DNA of 64,000 bases. Origin: a virus. Below the pieces are notes generated by a model. The model did not search any database and was not told the DNA's origin. It saw only the letters and a program-made list of their open reading frames with translations. Both the position numbers and the translations under genes were made by a program. The DNA lies in IMG/VR virus record IMGVR_UViG_3300012156_000141; one strand, written 5' to 3'. Of the stretch, positions 53,007 to 62,239 are shown in pieces; positions within the stretch are counted from its first letter, which is position 1, and each line of letters begins with the position of its first letter.

Positions 53007-54485
53007 ATGGGAACGAATTTTTACTACACAATACTGGGTGTCCAGCCGGATGCCTCAAAAGATGAAATCGAAAAACAATATAGAAAGTTAATTAAACAAT
53101 ATCATCCGGATGGCGGAGTATCAAATGCTAATATGTTCAAATTGTTAACCGAAGCCAGAGAAACACTGCTTGATGATGAAAAAAGACAACTGTATGATGA
53201 ACAGCAAAAATTAGCGGAGGGTACCCAATATAGTAACGAGGGCGTCCAATACAGCGATGATGACCTATATGATGATAATTTATATGATTATGATAAAAAC
53301 GACACATCAAAATCAAAAGGATATCGTTGGTCATGGCGGTCAAGTCTTTTTGAACGTTTTCGCTGTAAGTCATGGGCACAGGGAACAAGATATTTCCTGG
53401 ATTGGGTAGACGATGCTCAAATGGCGATATTGCAGCTTGTCATGGTTCTTATATGCATGTGGATGTATCTTGGAGCAGAAGTTTTTGATGTAAAAAACAT
53501 TAATTTGTCTTTGTATTGTATCTTGATTATATCTGTTGTATTTATTATTTTGGTTAAAAATTTGCACAATGCTGTAAGTGCTCTATTTTTAATTTTAAAA
53601 TTTGCTGCAATAGCAATATTGGCAACAGTTGTTGCTGGAATCATCATTTCGATTTTGCCTCTGTATATAAAAACAAAATCAATTGTGTCAGCATTTGTAT
53701 TATCTTGCACACCATTTATTTTTTTAGTATTAGATTTAATTAAAGTTTTCAAGTTAGTAAGAATATCAAAAAAGATAAACCCTATAAGAAAATTTACAAC
53801 TTATGTTGGCTTCGTGTGCAGTATTTTGCTTGTCGTCCTTTGTGCGGCTAATATTCCAATACTAACTTCTTATGTGTATGAAGACGAGAGTCATACGGAA
53901 ATAGTACTTAAAGCATCTGAAGAAAAAGCTGAATATTTAAAAGATATTAGTAAAAGAGATTGTCCAACTACATTGCCAAGTGATATTTCTATAATAGAAA
54001 GTGGTGCGGTCTCAAGGAATTGTGCAATCAAATCATTAACAACATACACAGTTATTGAAAATCACGCAAAGAAACAGATTGAGGCTGATATTTATCTATA
54101 TCTGTTCGAATACATGATAAAAGATGATGCTACAGATTACATGAATTATGTTGGAGAGATTAAATTTGCAAAGAATAAAGACCTTTATGAGTATTGTGTT
54201 ATTAGATATGTGCGAATGAATAACATTGATAGCTCCCTATATGAATCAATGCAAAGTGATAATAATCACATTGGCCTTAAAATAGTGCCACAAAATAAAG
54301 AATACGAGAAAGGTTATTATATCGGTAAAACAGCTGTAAAAGCAGAAGTGGGCATACATAATTTCAGCAGTTCTGATGGTTATATTGGAATAAAAGTACC
54401 AAAAGGTTATTATGAATATAACCTAATAATAAATTTAGCTAATGGAGAGGATTGTATCGTAAATATGAATGAATGCTTTAACTAA
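53007..54485 (+). CDS. J-domain (DnaJ-like) multi-pass membrane protein
   Basis: NFYYTILGV...YRKLIKQYHPD...LLDDEKRQLYD followed by about 5 TM segments. Confidence 0.88.
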   Translation: MGTNFYYTILGVQPDASKDEIEKQYRKLIKQYHPDGGVSNANMFKLLTEARETLLDDEKRQLYDEQQKLAEGTQYSNEGVQYSDDDLYDDNLYDYDKNDTSKSKGYRWSWRSSLFERFRCKSWAQGTRYFLDWVDDAQMAILQLVMVLICMWMYLGAEVFDVKNINLSLYCILIISVVFIILVKNLHNAVSALFLILKFAAIAILATVVAGIIISILPLYIKTKSIVSAFVLSCTPFIFLVLDLIKVFKLVRISKKINPIRKFTTYVGFVCSILLVVLCAANIPILTSYVYEDESHTEIVLKASEEKAEYLKDISKRDCPTTLPSDISIIESGAVSRNCAIKSLTTYTVIENHAKKQIEADIYLYLFEYMIKDDATDYMNYVGEIKFAKNKDLYEYCVIRYVRMNNIDSSLYESMQSDNNHIGLKIVPQNKEYEKGYYIGKTAVKAEVGIHNFSSSDGYIGIKVPKGYYEYNLIINLANGEDCIVNMNECFN

Positions 54486-54557
54486 TGAAGAAGAGACTCT
54501 TATTGAGTCTTTTTTTGATACATAATATAGAGGTGAATACCAAAAAAGGAGAAGAAT

Positions 54558-55094
54558 ATGAATAATGAATTTTTAGTTGAATGGAATGATGAATATTTGG
54601 ATATCAGAATTGTTTCAGGCCCATTTGCTCCAACGGAACGGGAAAAATATCTCAAGGAAGAACTTATTCGGCAGATAAAAGAAAACGAAGGTGTGTCAGA
54701 TGCAGAAGCAGAGGTGATTTATAAAAATAAAAAGATGGTTACAGAAACTGAAGATAATGAAGTTGACCTATATCCAGAAATTGGTTTACATATATGGACT
54801 GATGATTCAGGAGCATCTTATGTCTATAATTCCGGGTATGAAAGTCATTTAAAAGTTACTGAGTATAATATTGAGCCTAAAATTGAAGTAGTCACACCAG
54901 CTGAAACGATAAAAGTAAAAAGAACATATGATGATGAATATCCAGGTGTTTCAGTATTATTAGATAGCCCAGGTGAACCAGGAGCTATCTTTGAATATGA
55001 CCCAGTAAGAAGTTGTTTTGTGATAAGAGTGTATTCTTTTGAAGATTCTGAAGGTGATCCGGCTCATGTCATCGAATTAAAGAAAGAAGAATAG
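54558..55094 (+). CDS. Hypothetical acidic protein
   Basis: AAGGAG RBS; CATAATA box at 54521. Confidence 0.8.
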   Translation: MNNEFLVEWNDEYLDIRIVSGPFAPTEREKYLKEELIRQIKENEGVSDAEAEVIYKNKKMVTETEDNEVDLYPEIGLHIWTDDSGASYVYNSGYESHLKVTEYNIEPKIEVVTPAETIKVKRTYDDEYPGVSVLLDSPGEPGAIFEYDPVRSCFVIRVYSFEDSEGDPAHVIELKKEE

Positions 55095-55153
55095 GATCTT
55101 AGTTTAGTATAAAAACTACATAATAATTAGAAAAATAAAATGGAGGAAAAGAA

Positions 55154-55552
55154 ATGAATAAATTAATTGGATTTGGAAAAGTTGCTGTAATCAACTATGG
55201 TGGACATAGGTATCATTATGCCTTGTATGATGATGAAAATAAATATGGAGTAGGAGATGTAGTACTTGTCTCTGGACGCTTAGAAGGTAGTTTGCTAAAA
55301 ATTGAAAAAGTTCTTTCACAGGAAGAATCAAAACAACATTTTCCTAAAAACATTACAGAAGAAGTTATTGGGAAAATTGATATTTCGGCATATGAAAGTC
55401 GGTTAGCTAAAAGAAAAGAAGCAAAGGAGTTGAAACAAGAACTTGATAAAATGACTATTGAGATGGAAGAAATGCATAGATATGAGTTGTATGCTGCCCA
55501 TAATCCCAAAATGCAGGAACTTCTTTACCAATACAAGAGTTTACTGACTTAA
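55154..55552 (+). CDS. Phage-like hypothetical protein
   Basis: GGAGG RBS; YHYALYD...VGDVVLV N terminus and coiled-coil C terminus. Confidence 0.8.
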   Translation: MNKLIGFGKVAVINYGGHRYHYALYDDENKYGVGDVVLVSGRLEGSLLKIEKVLSQEESKQHFPKNITEEVIGKIDISAYESRLAKRKEAKELKQELDKMTIEMEEMHRYELYAAHNPKMQELLYQYKSLLT

Positions 55553-55662
55553 TAACATTAACAAAAGAGAGAATTATTCTCTCTTTTTTATTTTATATTT
55601 TATTAATAACAATAATCTTACATATTGTTGTTATCAAAGAAAAGTAGAGAGAGGTAATTGTT

Positions 55663-56094
55663 ATGTTAATAGTATTACTTGTGATTTGTTTGTTGACTTT
55701 TGGTTTAGGATTCTATTTGCAAAATTCTCCCAAGTTTGAGCATAATGATGACTGCGATATGCTTGGATTTACTTTGTCTCTAGTAGGTGGGTTATTAGCA
55801 ATGATTGTTGTAATTATAATCTTGGTAATGATGGAAAAAGTGGTTTCATTATCTACAGTTGATTCTAAAATAAGTCTGTATGAATTGGCTAATCAAGAAA
55901 TCGAAGATGAATTTGATGCTATTGTTGGCAATTACATGAGTTACGAAATGGAGTTTAATGCAAAATTAAAGTCAGACGCCATGGTACAGCAGCAACTGGA
56001 ATTATATAGAGATAACAAATCTAAAATTCTTGCATTAAATGAAGATAAAATTAATGGAAGAATTACACGTTGGTGGTTGTATTTCGGAAAATAA
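55663..56094 (+). CDS. Phage-like membrane protein
   Basis: Two TM segments and a C-terminal RWWLYFG. Confidence 0.8.
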   Translation: MLIVLLVICLLTFGLGFYLQNSPKFEHNDDCDMLGFTLSLVGGLLAMIVVIIILVMMEKVVSLSTVDSKISLYELANQEIEDEFDAIVGNYMSYEMEFNAKLKSDAMVQQQLELYRDNKSKILALNEDKINGRITRWWLYFGK

Positions 56095-56138
56095 GCAATG
56101 CGGTTTGGCAAATTGATTTTCAGTTGGGAAAGAGAGAA

Positions 56139-56342
56139 ATGCAAATGAGTAACTTCATTAGGGATTCAGGAGAACGTTGGAAAAGTATGGGATATTATTT
56201 AACAGAAAAAATGTATGTAAACGGTAAATCACGAAATGAAAGGAGAAACTTAACAAATGAAGAAATGTGGAATCTGTTAGAAGATATAAGAAAAGAGTGC
56301 TTTACTAATTATGAAGAAATCTCAAAAGAATTAGGATGGTGA
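56139..56342 (+). CDS. Hypothetical protein
   Basis: Probable start at 56139 or 56145 within the longer track ORF. Confidence 0.6.
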   Translation: MQMSNFIRDSGERWKSMGYYLTEKMYVNGKSRNERRNLTNEEMWNLLEDIRKECFTNYEEISKELGW

Positions 56343-56374
56343 CAAATATATAAATCAAAAGGAGAAAATGAAAC

Positions 56375-56533
56375 ATGGAACAGATAGCAAAGACAATATT
56401 CTGGTATATATTATTGTCTCTTGTTTGGCAAGGGTTAGAGTTACTTATATACGGTGAGATAACACCACGTACCGTTGATGATATTATGATGCTCTGCTTC
56501 CTACCGTTTATTTGGATAGCAGCGGGAAAGTAA
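56375..56533 (+). CDS. Small membrane protein (52 aa, not in the ORF track)
   Basis: AAGGAG RBS; MEQIAKTIFWYILLSLVWQGLELLIYGEITPRTVDDIMMLCFLPFIWIAAGK. Confidence 0.65.
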   Translation: MEQIAKTIFWYILLSLVWQGLELLIYGEITPRTVDDIMMLCFLPFIWIAAGK

Positions 56534-56616
56534 TTTTAGCTCAATAAAAGATTCACTTTAAATTACAAAAAATTATGTGGTCGACTACTAAATGTCGGAG
56601 AATGGAGAATATTATT

Positions 56617-57009
56617 ATGAAAAAGAAATGTTTAGAAATGATAGCAATCATAACATTAGTAATTATGTCGTTATTAATAGGATGTACCGATGCAGAAGTT
56701 GTGTCATCAAACATTAGCAAGGATGCGGATTCTTTTAAGGTGTTAAGGAAAATCACATTTATCAATACAATGACCGATGAGGTTTTGTATACGGTGGAGG
56801 GTAATTTTTCCATCAAGGCGGATATGAGTGACAATCAACTGGAAATCACGGCCAAGGTCGGTGAAGATTCCTATGAAAAACACTTTCTAGGATTATCTCC
56901 AACTACAGTGTACATCGTGGAACAGACTAAATGGATTGAAGCAAATAAGTATCAATTTAAGATCATAGTAAAGCCTAGCGCATTGATTCCTGACATTGAT
57001 ATTCAATAA
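56617..57009 (+). CDS. Phage-type lipoprotein
   Basis: GGAG RBS; lipobox LIGC then TDAEVVSSNISKDADSFKVLRKITFIN and KHFLGLS. Confidence 0.8.
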   Translation: MKKKCLEMIAIITLVIMSLLIGCTDAEVVSSNISKDADSFKVLRKITFINTMTDEVLYTVEGNFSIKADMSDNQLEITAKVGEDSYEKHFLGLSPTTVYIVEQTKWIEANKYQFKIIVKPSALIPDIDIQ

Positions 57010-57434
57010 TTAGTAGAAAAGAACATGTGTATCCTTATTTTAAGTATCATAAATCAGGATTAAACAATTTGATGGTGGCGAACGCTACTATGCCTATGTG
57101 GGCGAGATGCAGGTTAGGATAACAAACAAACTTTTCATAATATGCCTAGCGATAAAAAGCTGGAAATAATCAAAAGCGAGCTAAACTCTGAAACACATAG
57201 TGCAACGACGAAGGTTGATCTGTTAATGATGCTTGATTGGATGTACTACGAAAATGTTGTCTGCAGGAAAAATTGACAACTTGCGTTTGGACTTCGATTG
57301 TATTATAATCCCAGGAAGAAGATAGCGGAGTGAGAAGGTCGCCAGGCGTTGATTGATCAATAAAGTCATACAGAAGCCGTGTGATGTCGAATATAAGAAT
57401 TTCAACTAAATTAATTTTCAATAGGGAGGCAAAT

Positions 57435-57845
57435 ATGTTAGGAAAGCTTAAGGAAGTAAATGAAAGATTTGACGTGAAATGTCTTGAAAGAAAGAGTGTA
57501 TACGATGGCTATTGTATTACCACAGATAAACATGATTTCCACATACTCATAGATAACGAACAGCAATGCTGTGAAAGCTATGGTTATTTTTCCAGCGAGG
57601 ACGATTTCAAATCGTTTATTGGAAAAGATTTGGTGGAAGTGTATCTTACTGATAAGGCGTTAAATACCATAAGAGTCGAAGAAATTGATGACGATTATGA
57701 GTATCGTGAGATTCAGTTTGTGAATTTCAAGTTTGCCAGTGGAGCAGTGTTGCAATTCGCCGTGTATAACGCACACAATGGTTATTATGGTCATGATATT
57801 ATTTTTGTGAAAGACAAAGAAATATTTTTCGAGGATACCTTATAA
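57435..57845 (+). CDS. Phage-like hypothetical protein
   Basis: GGGAGG RBS before the ATG at 57435; QQCCE and YNAHNGYYGH motifs. Confidence 0.8.
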   Translation: MLGKLKEVNERFDVKCLERKSVYDGYCITTDKHDFHILIDNEQQCCESYGYFSSEDDFKSFIGKDLVEVYLTDKALNTIRVEEIDDDYEYREIQFVNFKFASGAVLQFAVYNAHNGYYGHDIIFVKDKEIFFEDTL

Positions 57846-58036
57846 GTTGAAATTGGAAAAATTATCGAACTATCATAACGATAAAGATAAAAAGTTAATA
57901 TTTCCAAGAATAGATTGAATTTTTTAAAGAAGTCTAAGGGCTTCTTTTTTTATGATCCAAACATCTGCTTCCGACCCTGTTTTTATGCCAGTAGCTAATC
58001 TAGCATACTATTGTAAAAGGTAAAAAGGAGATTTAT

Positions 58037-58609
58037 ATGGCAACTAGAATAGAGATTAAAAAAATTTTAAAGGATTTGAATTTAACAGAAGCAGAAATGG
58101 AAGATCTATGGAAAGACCTGGCAAGCACAAATAAACTAGTTGAAAATTTACAGGCACAAAACATTTCTTGGAAAGAATTAAATGATAGTGTTATTAGACA
58201 AATTCCCACACAAAAGAAAAAGGATTTAGAAAGCATCAAAAAGAAAAATGAAGAAGCAGAGCAAAAAAGAATATACGAACAGAAAATAAAAGAAGAAAAA
58301 GAATATTATGCAAATCACTTTGAAGAGATTATGCTTAATAAGATTGTGGCAGGGACAAGGTTAAGTACTAGGGAGTTATCAGATATATTGGAATATGAAA
58401 TTGAATCCGAACGAGAATATGGCGAAAACCGTCGTTGGAGCAGAAGTGTTAGTTCAATAATAAAACTGTTAGATCGGTATTTTTACCTGAATTGGGAAGA
58501 AGGATTAACGGAAATGCAAGAAAATAAATTTTATGACCAGCCATACGAAGTAAAAAAGCATACATATGAAAAGACAATCATAGTAACAGAATGGAGAGAA
58601 AAAGACTAA
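58037..58609 (+). CDS. Phage-like hypothetical protein
   Basis: AAGGAG RBS; CATACTA box at 58004; RRWSR...WEEGLTEMQEN...QPYEV. Confidence 0.8.
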   Translation: MATRIEIKKILKDLNLTEAEMEDLWKDLASTNKLVENLQAQNISWKELNDSVIRQIPTQKKKDLESIKKKNEEAEQKRIYEQKIKEEKEYYANHFEEIMLNKIVAGTRLSTRELSDILEYEIESEREYGENRRWSRSVSSIIKLLDRYFYLNWEEGLTEMQENKFYDQPYEVKKHTYEKTIIVTEWREKD

Positions 58610-58717
58610 TTATAAATCAATTATATATATCATGCAGATCCAGAAGACGGTTTCATGAGCAGACAAATGAGTTAATGAAAATGTTTGCTTGATTCCTATG
58701 TTGACGAGGTAAGTTGA

Positions 58718-58921
58718 ATGAGTAAACAAACTGAAATAATAAATATGCTGCGACAAGATACTGGCTGCTCCAGGCAATTAGCTAGCCAAGCGTTTCGTTA
58801 TGCATTTGAGAAGAAGGTTGCTGATTATGATTTAATGATCGCCTATATTCGAGCAAAATCTTTAGCTGTAAAAACATATGGTACCCTCGATGAACGAGTA
58901 AATGATTTTTATAAGCAATAA
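58718..58921 (+). CDS. Small protein with an EF-Ts-N/UBA-like helix motif
   Basis: GAGGT RBS; INMLRQDTGCSRQLASQAF resembles the LRxxTGxxxxxxxxAL pattern. Confidence 0.55.
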   Translation: MSKQTEIINMLRQDTGCSRQLASQAFRYAFEKKVADYDLMIAYIRAKSLAVKTYGTLDERVNDFYKQ

Positions 58922-59084
58922 AAAGAAGGATTAACCTTCTTTTTGTTTTCAAAGTTGATACTGGTTTTGCCAGAACCATTCCAATTAAATTCCATATGAA
59001 GCTCTTCTTTTGTACCAAATATTTTCTTGATTGGTTTTGGAAATTTACATAAGTTATGTTGGAAAATTGTAGAAGTAAATATCT

Positions 59085-59150
59085 CACAATATGGGCTGCA
59101 AGATATGGGCGTATAGAAGTCGTTGAATATTTGGAGAATCAAGTCAAAAA
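59085..59150 (+). pseudogene. 3' remnant of a fourth ankyrin gene copy
   Basis: Reads AARYGRIEVVEYLENQVK; GAAGTCGTTGAATATTTGGAGAATCAAGTCA is identical to 21630-21660. Confidence 0.75.
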
Positions 59151-59322
59151 AATCAAACATTGATGATTCTAATGTTCCATTAAACATGTAAAATAGAAAT
59201 TTAGTTTCTATATAATTTATCGAAAACAAAAAGAGGTCTTTGGACTTCTTTTTACTTTTTAATCTTTTAAAGACTATCAAATTCTCACATACTTATTTTA
59301 TAAAAGCAAAAAGGAGAAAAGA

Positions 59323-60483
59323 ATGATTAACAAGAAAATTGATAGAGAAAACAAATTTATATCCATGTTCAATCCAAAAACAGGTGCATATATGAGAACG
59401 GGTGTATTAAAGGACATAGATTCAATAATTTCTGTAAATATTCCAGTAAAAGAACTGATGAAAACAGTGTTAAGATTAGATACTGGAGCTGATCCATTTA
59501 TGTCAGCATTTCCAGAGTTAATCGATGTAGGTGTAATGGGACACTGCACTCATGGAGCAAGTGGTCTGTGTGTAAAAGCTGGTGTTCAGTGTTATCAAAA
59601 TGGGTTAGGAATTCAACAACCCAATATGACTCTTGATAATTTTAAAAAGATTGTTGACGAATGTAAAGGAAAAACTTATCAATTAGCATTAGGCGGTCGA
59701 GGCGATGTTGATCAACATGAAAATTTCGAAGAAATCATACAATATTGTCAGGATAATGGAGTTGTCCCTAATTTCACATCTTCAGGATTAGGCTTTACTG
59801 ATAATACTATTCGTATTTGTAAAGAATACTGTGGTGCAATTGCTATTAGTTGGTATCGTCAGCCACATACATTAAGAGCAATTCAAATGCTTCTCGATGC
59901 GGGAATTAAAACGAACATCCACTATGTGCTTGGAAATAATTCTATTGATGAAGCTATTTCGCTTTTGCGTTCTAATGGATTTCCCAAAGGAATTAATGCA
60001 ATTATTTTTCTTTTACATAAGCCTGTAGGACTTGGGCAGCAGTCTAATGTACTAGATATTCATGACGAACGTGTTAAAGAATTTTTCAAACTGATTGATG
60101 AGGAAAAATTTGATTTTAAAATTGGCTTTGATTCTTGTTCTGTCCCTGGAATTATAAATTTAACAAAGAACATTAATCCAGATAGCATTGATTCTTGTGA
60201 GGGTGGAAGATGGTCTGCGTATATTACCGCAGATATGAAAATGCTACCCTGCAGTTTTGATAATCAGGACATGCGTTGGGCGTATAATATTGCTAATGAC
60301 AGTATAAAAAACGCCTGGGATAGTGCTCAATTTGAAGACTTCAGAAATCACTTTAAAAAGTCTTGTGGTGGATGTGCTAATCGAGCATTGTGTATGGGCG
60401 GGTGTCCAATCCGCCGACAGATCGTTTTGTGTGATAGAAAGGAGAAAAAATTTTATGAAAGTAAGATTGGGATTTGTAACTAA
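59323..60483 (+). CDS. Radical SAM/SPASM-domain protein with a non-canonical CX7CX6C motif
   Basis: FPELIDVGVMGHCTHGASGLCVKAGVQCYQ; ALGGRGD; NFTSSG; SPASM CEGG...LPCSF...CGGCANRALCMGGCP. Confidence 0.9.
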   Translation: MINKKIDRENKFISMFNPKTGAYMRTGVLKDIDSIISVNIPVKELMKTVLRLDTGADPFMSAFPELIDVGVMGHCTHGASGLCVKAGVQCYQNGLGIQQPNMTLDNFKKIVDECKGKTYQLALGGRGDVDQHENFEEIIQYCQDNGVVPNFTSSGLGFTDNTIRICKEYCGAIAISWYRQPHTLRAIQMLLDAGIKTNIHYVLGNNSIDEAISLLRSNGFPKGINAIIFLLHKPVGLGQQSNVLDIHDERVKEFFKLIDEEKFDFKIGFDSCSVPGIINLTKNINPDSIDSCEGGRWSAYITADMKMLPCSFDNQDMRWAYNIANDSIKNAWDSAQFEDFRNHFKKSCGGCANRALCMGGCPIRRQIVLCDRKEKKFYESKIGICN

Positions 60484-60823
60484 TTCCTCCTCATCCAGTT
60501 TTATAATTACAAAGAAGAATTTAACTGAAAAGCAGATTCAAGCAATACGCATACATGATGAGTTAGGTGAGAAGTTAAGAATGCATTGTTCTGATGAGCG
60601 GTGGATTATTAGTGAATCTGAAAACTATATTTCAGGAGAAACCTTTATGGACAACTTTTCAATGAGTAACTTTTTTGATCACATCGGAGTTTCAAATGGT
60701 TATGTCACTTGGGATGAGTTTGTGTCAGCTGATGAGATGGATGACCCGGGTGTTGATGATTGTGAAGATGACGATGATGAATGCGAAAATAAAACATGGG
60801 AGGATTATTTAGATGAGTTATGA
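60455..60823 (+). CDS. VTNSSSSSF-tag protein 1
   Basis: AAGGAG RBS before the ATG at 60455; MKVRLGFVTNSSSSSFII; overlaps the radical SAM gene end by 29 nt. Confidence 0.85.
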   Translation: MKVRLGFVTNSSSSSFIITKKNLTEKQIQAIRIHDELGEKLRMHCSDERWIISESENYISGETFMDNFSMSNFFDHIGVSNGYVTWDEFVSADEMDDPGVDDCEDDDDECENKTWEDYLDEL

Positions 60824-61223
60824 CAGAGAAGAGTTGCTAAGAGTGGGTGAAATACTGGAGGATTTAAAGACAAAGGCAAAAGAAGTAAATCGTCTATATT
60901 GTGAATATTGGCATGAATATACAGAAGAGGTTATTCAAGGGCTGGTCGAAAATGATGAAATTGAATCAATTCATGAAATTACTGATTTTGGGATTGTTAT
61001 TGGTAACAGTGACTTTTCGGGTTCACATAGATCAAATTATGCAGAAAATTATATTTCACTTGATTACTTCATTACTGAAGATTTAGATGCTTTTGTTAAA
61101 GAACGAGTATGGAAGAATACGGAAAGACAAAGAAGAAAAATCAAGGCCAATAAAGAAAAGCAAACTGAAGAAAGGTATCAGTTATATCTGAAACTTAAGG
61201 AAGAATTTGAGGGAAAGGAATGA
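60813..61223 (+). CDS. Hypothetical protein in the radical SAM operon (no tag)
   Basis: GGAGG RBS; overlaps the upstream stop; ends ERYQLYLKLKEEFE. Confidence 0.8.
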   Translation: MSYDREELLRVGEILEDLKTKAKEVNRLYCEYWHEYTEEVIQGLVENDEIESIHEITDFGIVIGNSDFSGSHRSNYAENYISLDYFITEDLDAFVKERVWKNTERQRRKIKANKEKQTEERYQLYLKLKEEFEGKE

Positions 61224-61226
61224 ATT

Positions 61227-61631
61227 ATGAAGATTAGAAATGATTTTGTAACTAATAGTTCAAGCAGTTCTTTTGTTATTGCAAAAAGAAAAGATTGTAC
61301 GTTAGATGATATAAGACAGTATTTAAATAATATAAGGAAATCTGTTTTGAAATTCATTAAATCAGAAGGTGAATACCTAGATTGGGATGATATGGATGAT
61401 TGCTTACCTGAGTTTACAATGTCTGAAATTAGAGATGAAAAATATGAAGACGCCTTAGATGAAATAATAAATCATTTTGCTAGACTGCTTTATAGTTATT
61501 CAGGTTATAGTACTAGTCTAGATGACTGGGAAGTCTATTCTGAGAAATTTTCCAATGAGGGTGATGTGTTCAGCGCCTTCATTTATACCTATGGACATGA
61601 AATAAATACTGACAACTTTAAAATAGTATAA
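61227..61631 (+). CDS. VTNSSSSSF-tag protein 2
   Basis: MKIRNDFVTNSSSSSFVI. Confidence 0.85.
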   Translation: MKIRNDFVTNSSSSSFVIAKRKDCTLDDIRQYLNNIRKSVLKFIKSEGEYLDWDDMDDCLPEFTMSEIRDEKYEDALDEIINHFARLLYSYSGYSTSLDDWEVYSEKFSNEGDVFSAFIYTYGHEINTDNFKIV

Positions 61632-61651
61632 TAATAGAAAGGGTTACTGTT

Positions 61652-62239
61652 ATGAAAAAAAGAAGTGATTATGTAACGAACAGTTCAAGTTCAAGTTTTG
61701 TATGTGAAATTTGTGGAAGACAAGAATCTGGATATGATTATGGTCTAAGCGAAGCAGAAATGTATGAATGTGAAAATGGGCATACGTTTTGTATTGATGA
61801 GGCATTAGAGGTAAATCTCGCAGATCTGATTTTATTTATTCTTTCAAAAGGATACCATAAGATAACATGGCCAGAATACAAAGAATATACAAAAGAAGAA
61901 TTAGATGATATGAATTTTAGTGAATTGCTTGATTTGGCTGCAGAAGGAGGAAATTATGGTGTTCCAGAAAGTATGTGTCCAATTTGTAATTTTTTGGAAT
62001 ACTCTCAATTTGATATGTGTAATTATCTGGAAAGAAAATATGAAATAAGCAAAACGGAAGCGTTTGCTGCAGTAAAAGCAATTAACCGGAGACGGAAGAA
62101 ACTATACGATAATGAATACATATCTTATGTGTGCCAAAAACTTTCTTTAAATCCGGTTGAGATTGTTGAGAATTGGAAAAAAACTTTTAAATCATATCAT
62201 GAGTTTAAAACTTATATAAATAAAGGGAAATTGATATGA
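61652..62239 (+). CDS. VTNSSSSSF-tag protein 3 with Cys motifs
   Basis: MKKRSDYVTNSSSSSFVCEICG; CENGHTFC; CPIC. Confidence 0.85.
   Translation: MKKRSDYVTNSSSSSFVCEICGRQESGYDYGLSEAEMYECENGHTFCIDEALEVNLADLILFILSKGYHKITWPEYKEYTKEELDDMNFSELLDLAAEGGNYGVPESMCPICNFLEYSQFDMCNYLERKYEISKTEAFAAVKAINRRRKKLYDNEYISYVCQKLSLNPVEIVENWKKTFKSYHEFKTYINKGKLI

Noticed and set aside
57010-57420. Possible ncRNA in a GC-richer gap
   Set aside because: Contains a 44-codon frame from 57142 (MPSDKKLEIIKSELNSETHSATTKVDLLMMLDW...) and a TTGCGT-17-TATAAT promoter; looks like gene remnants with few convincing stems.
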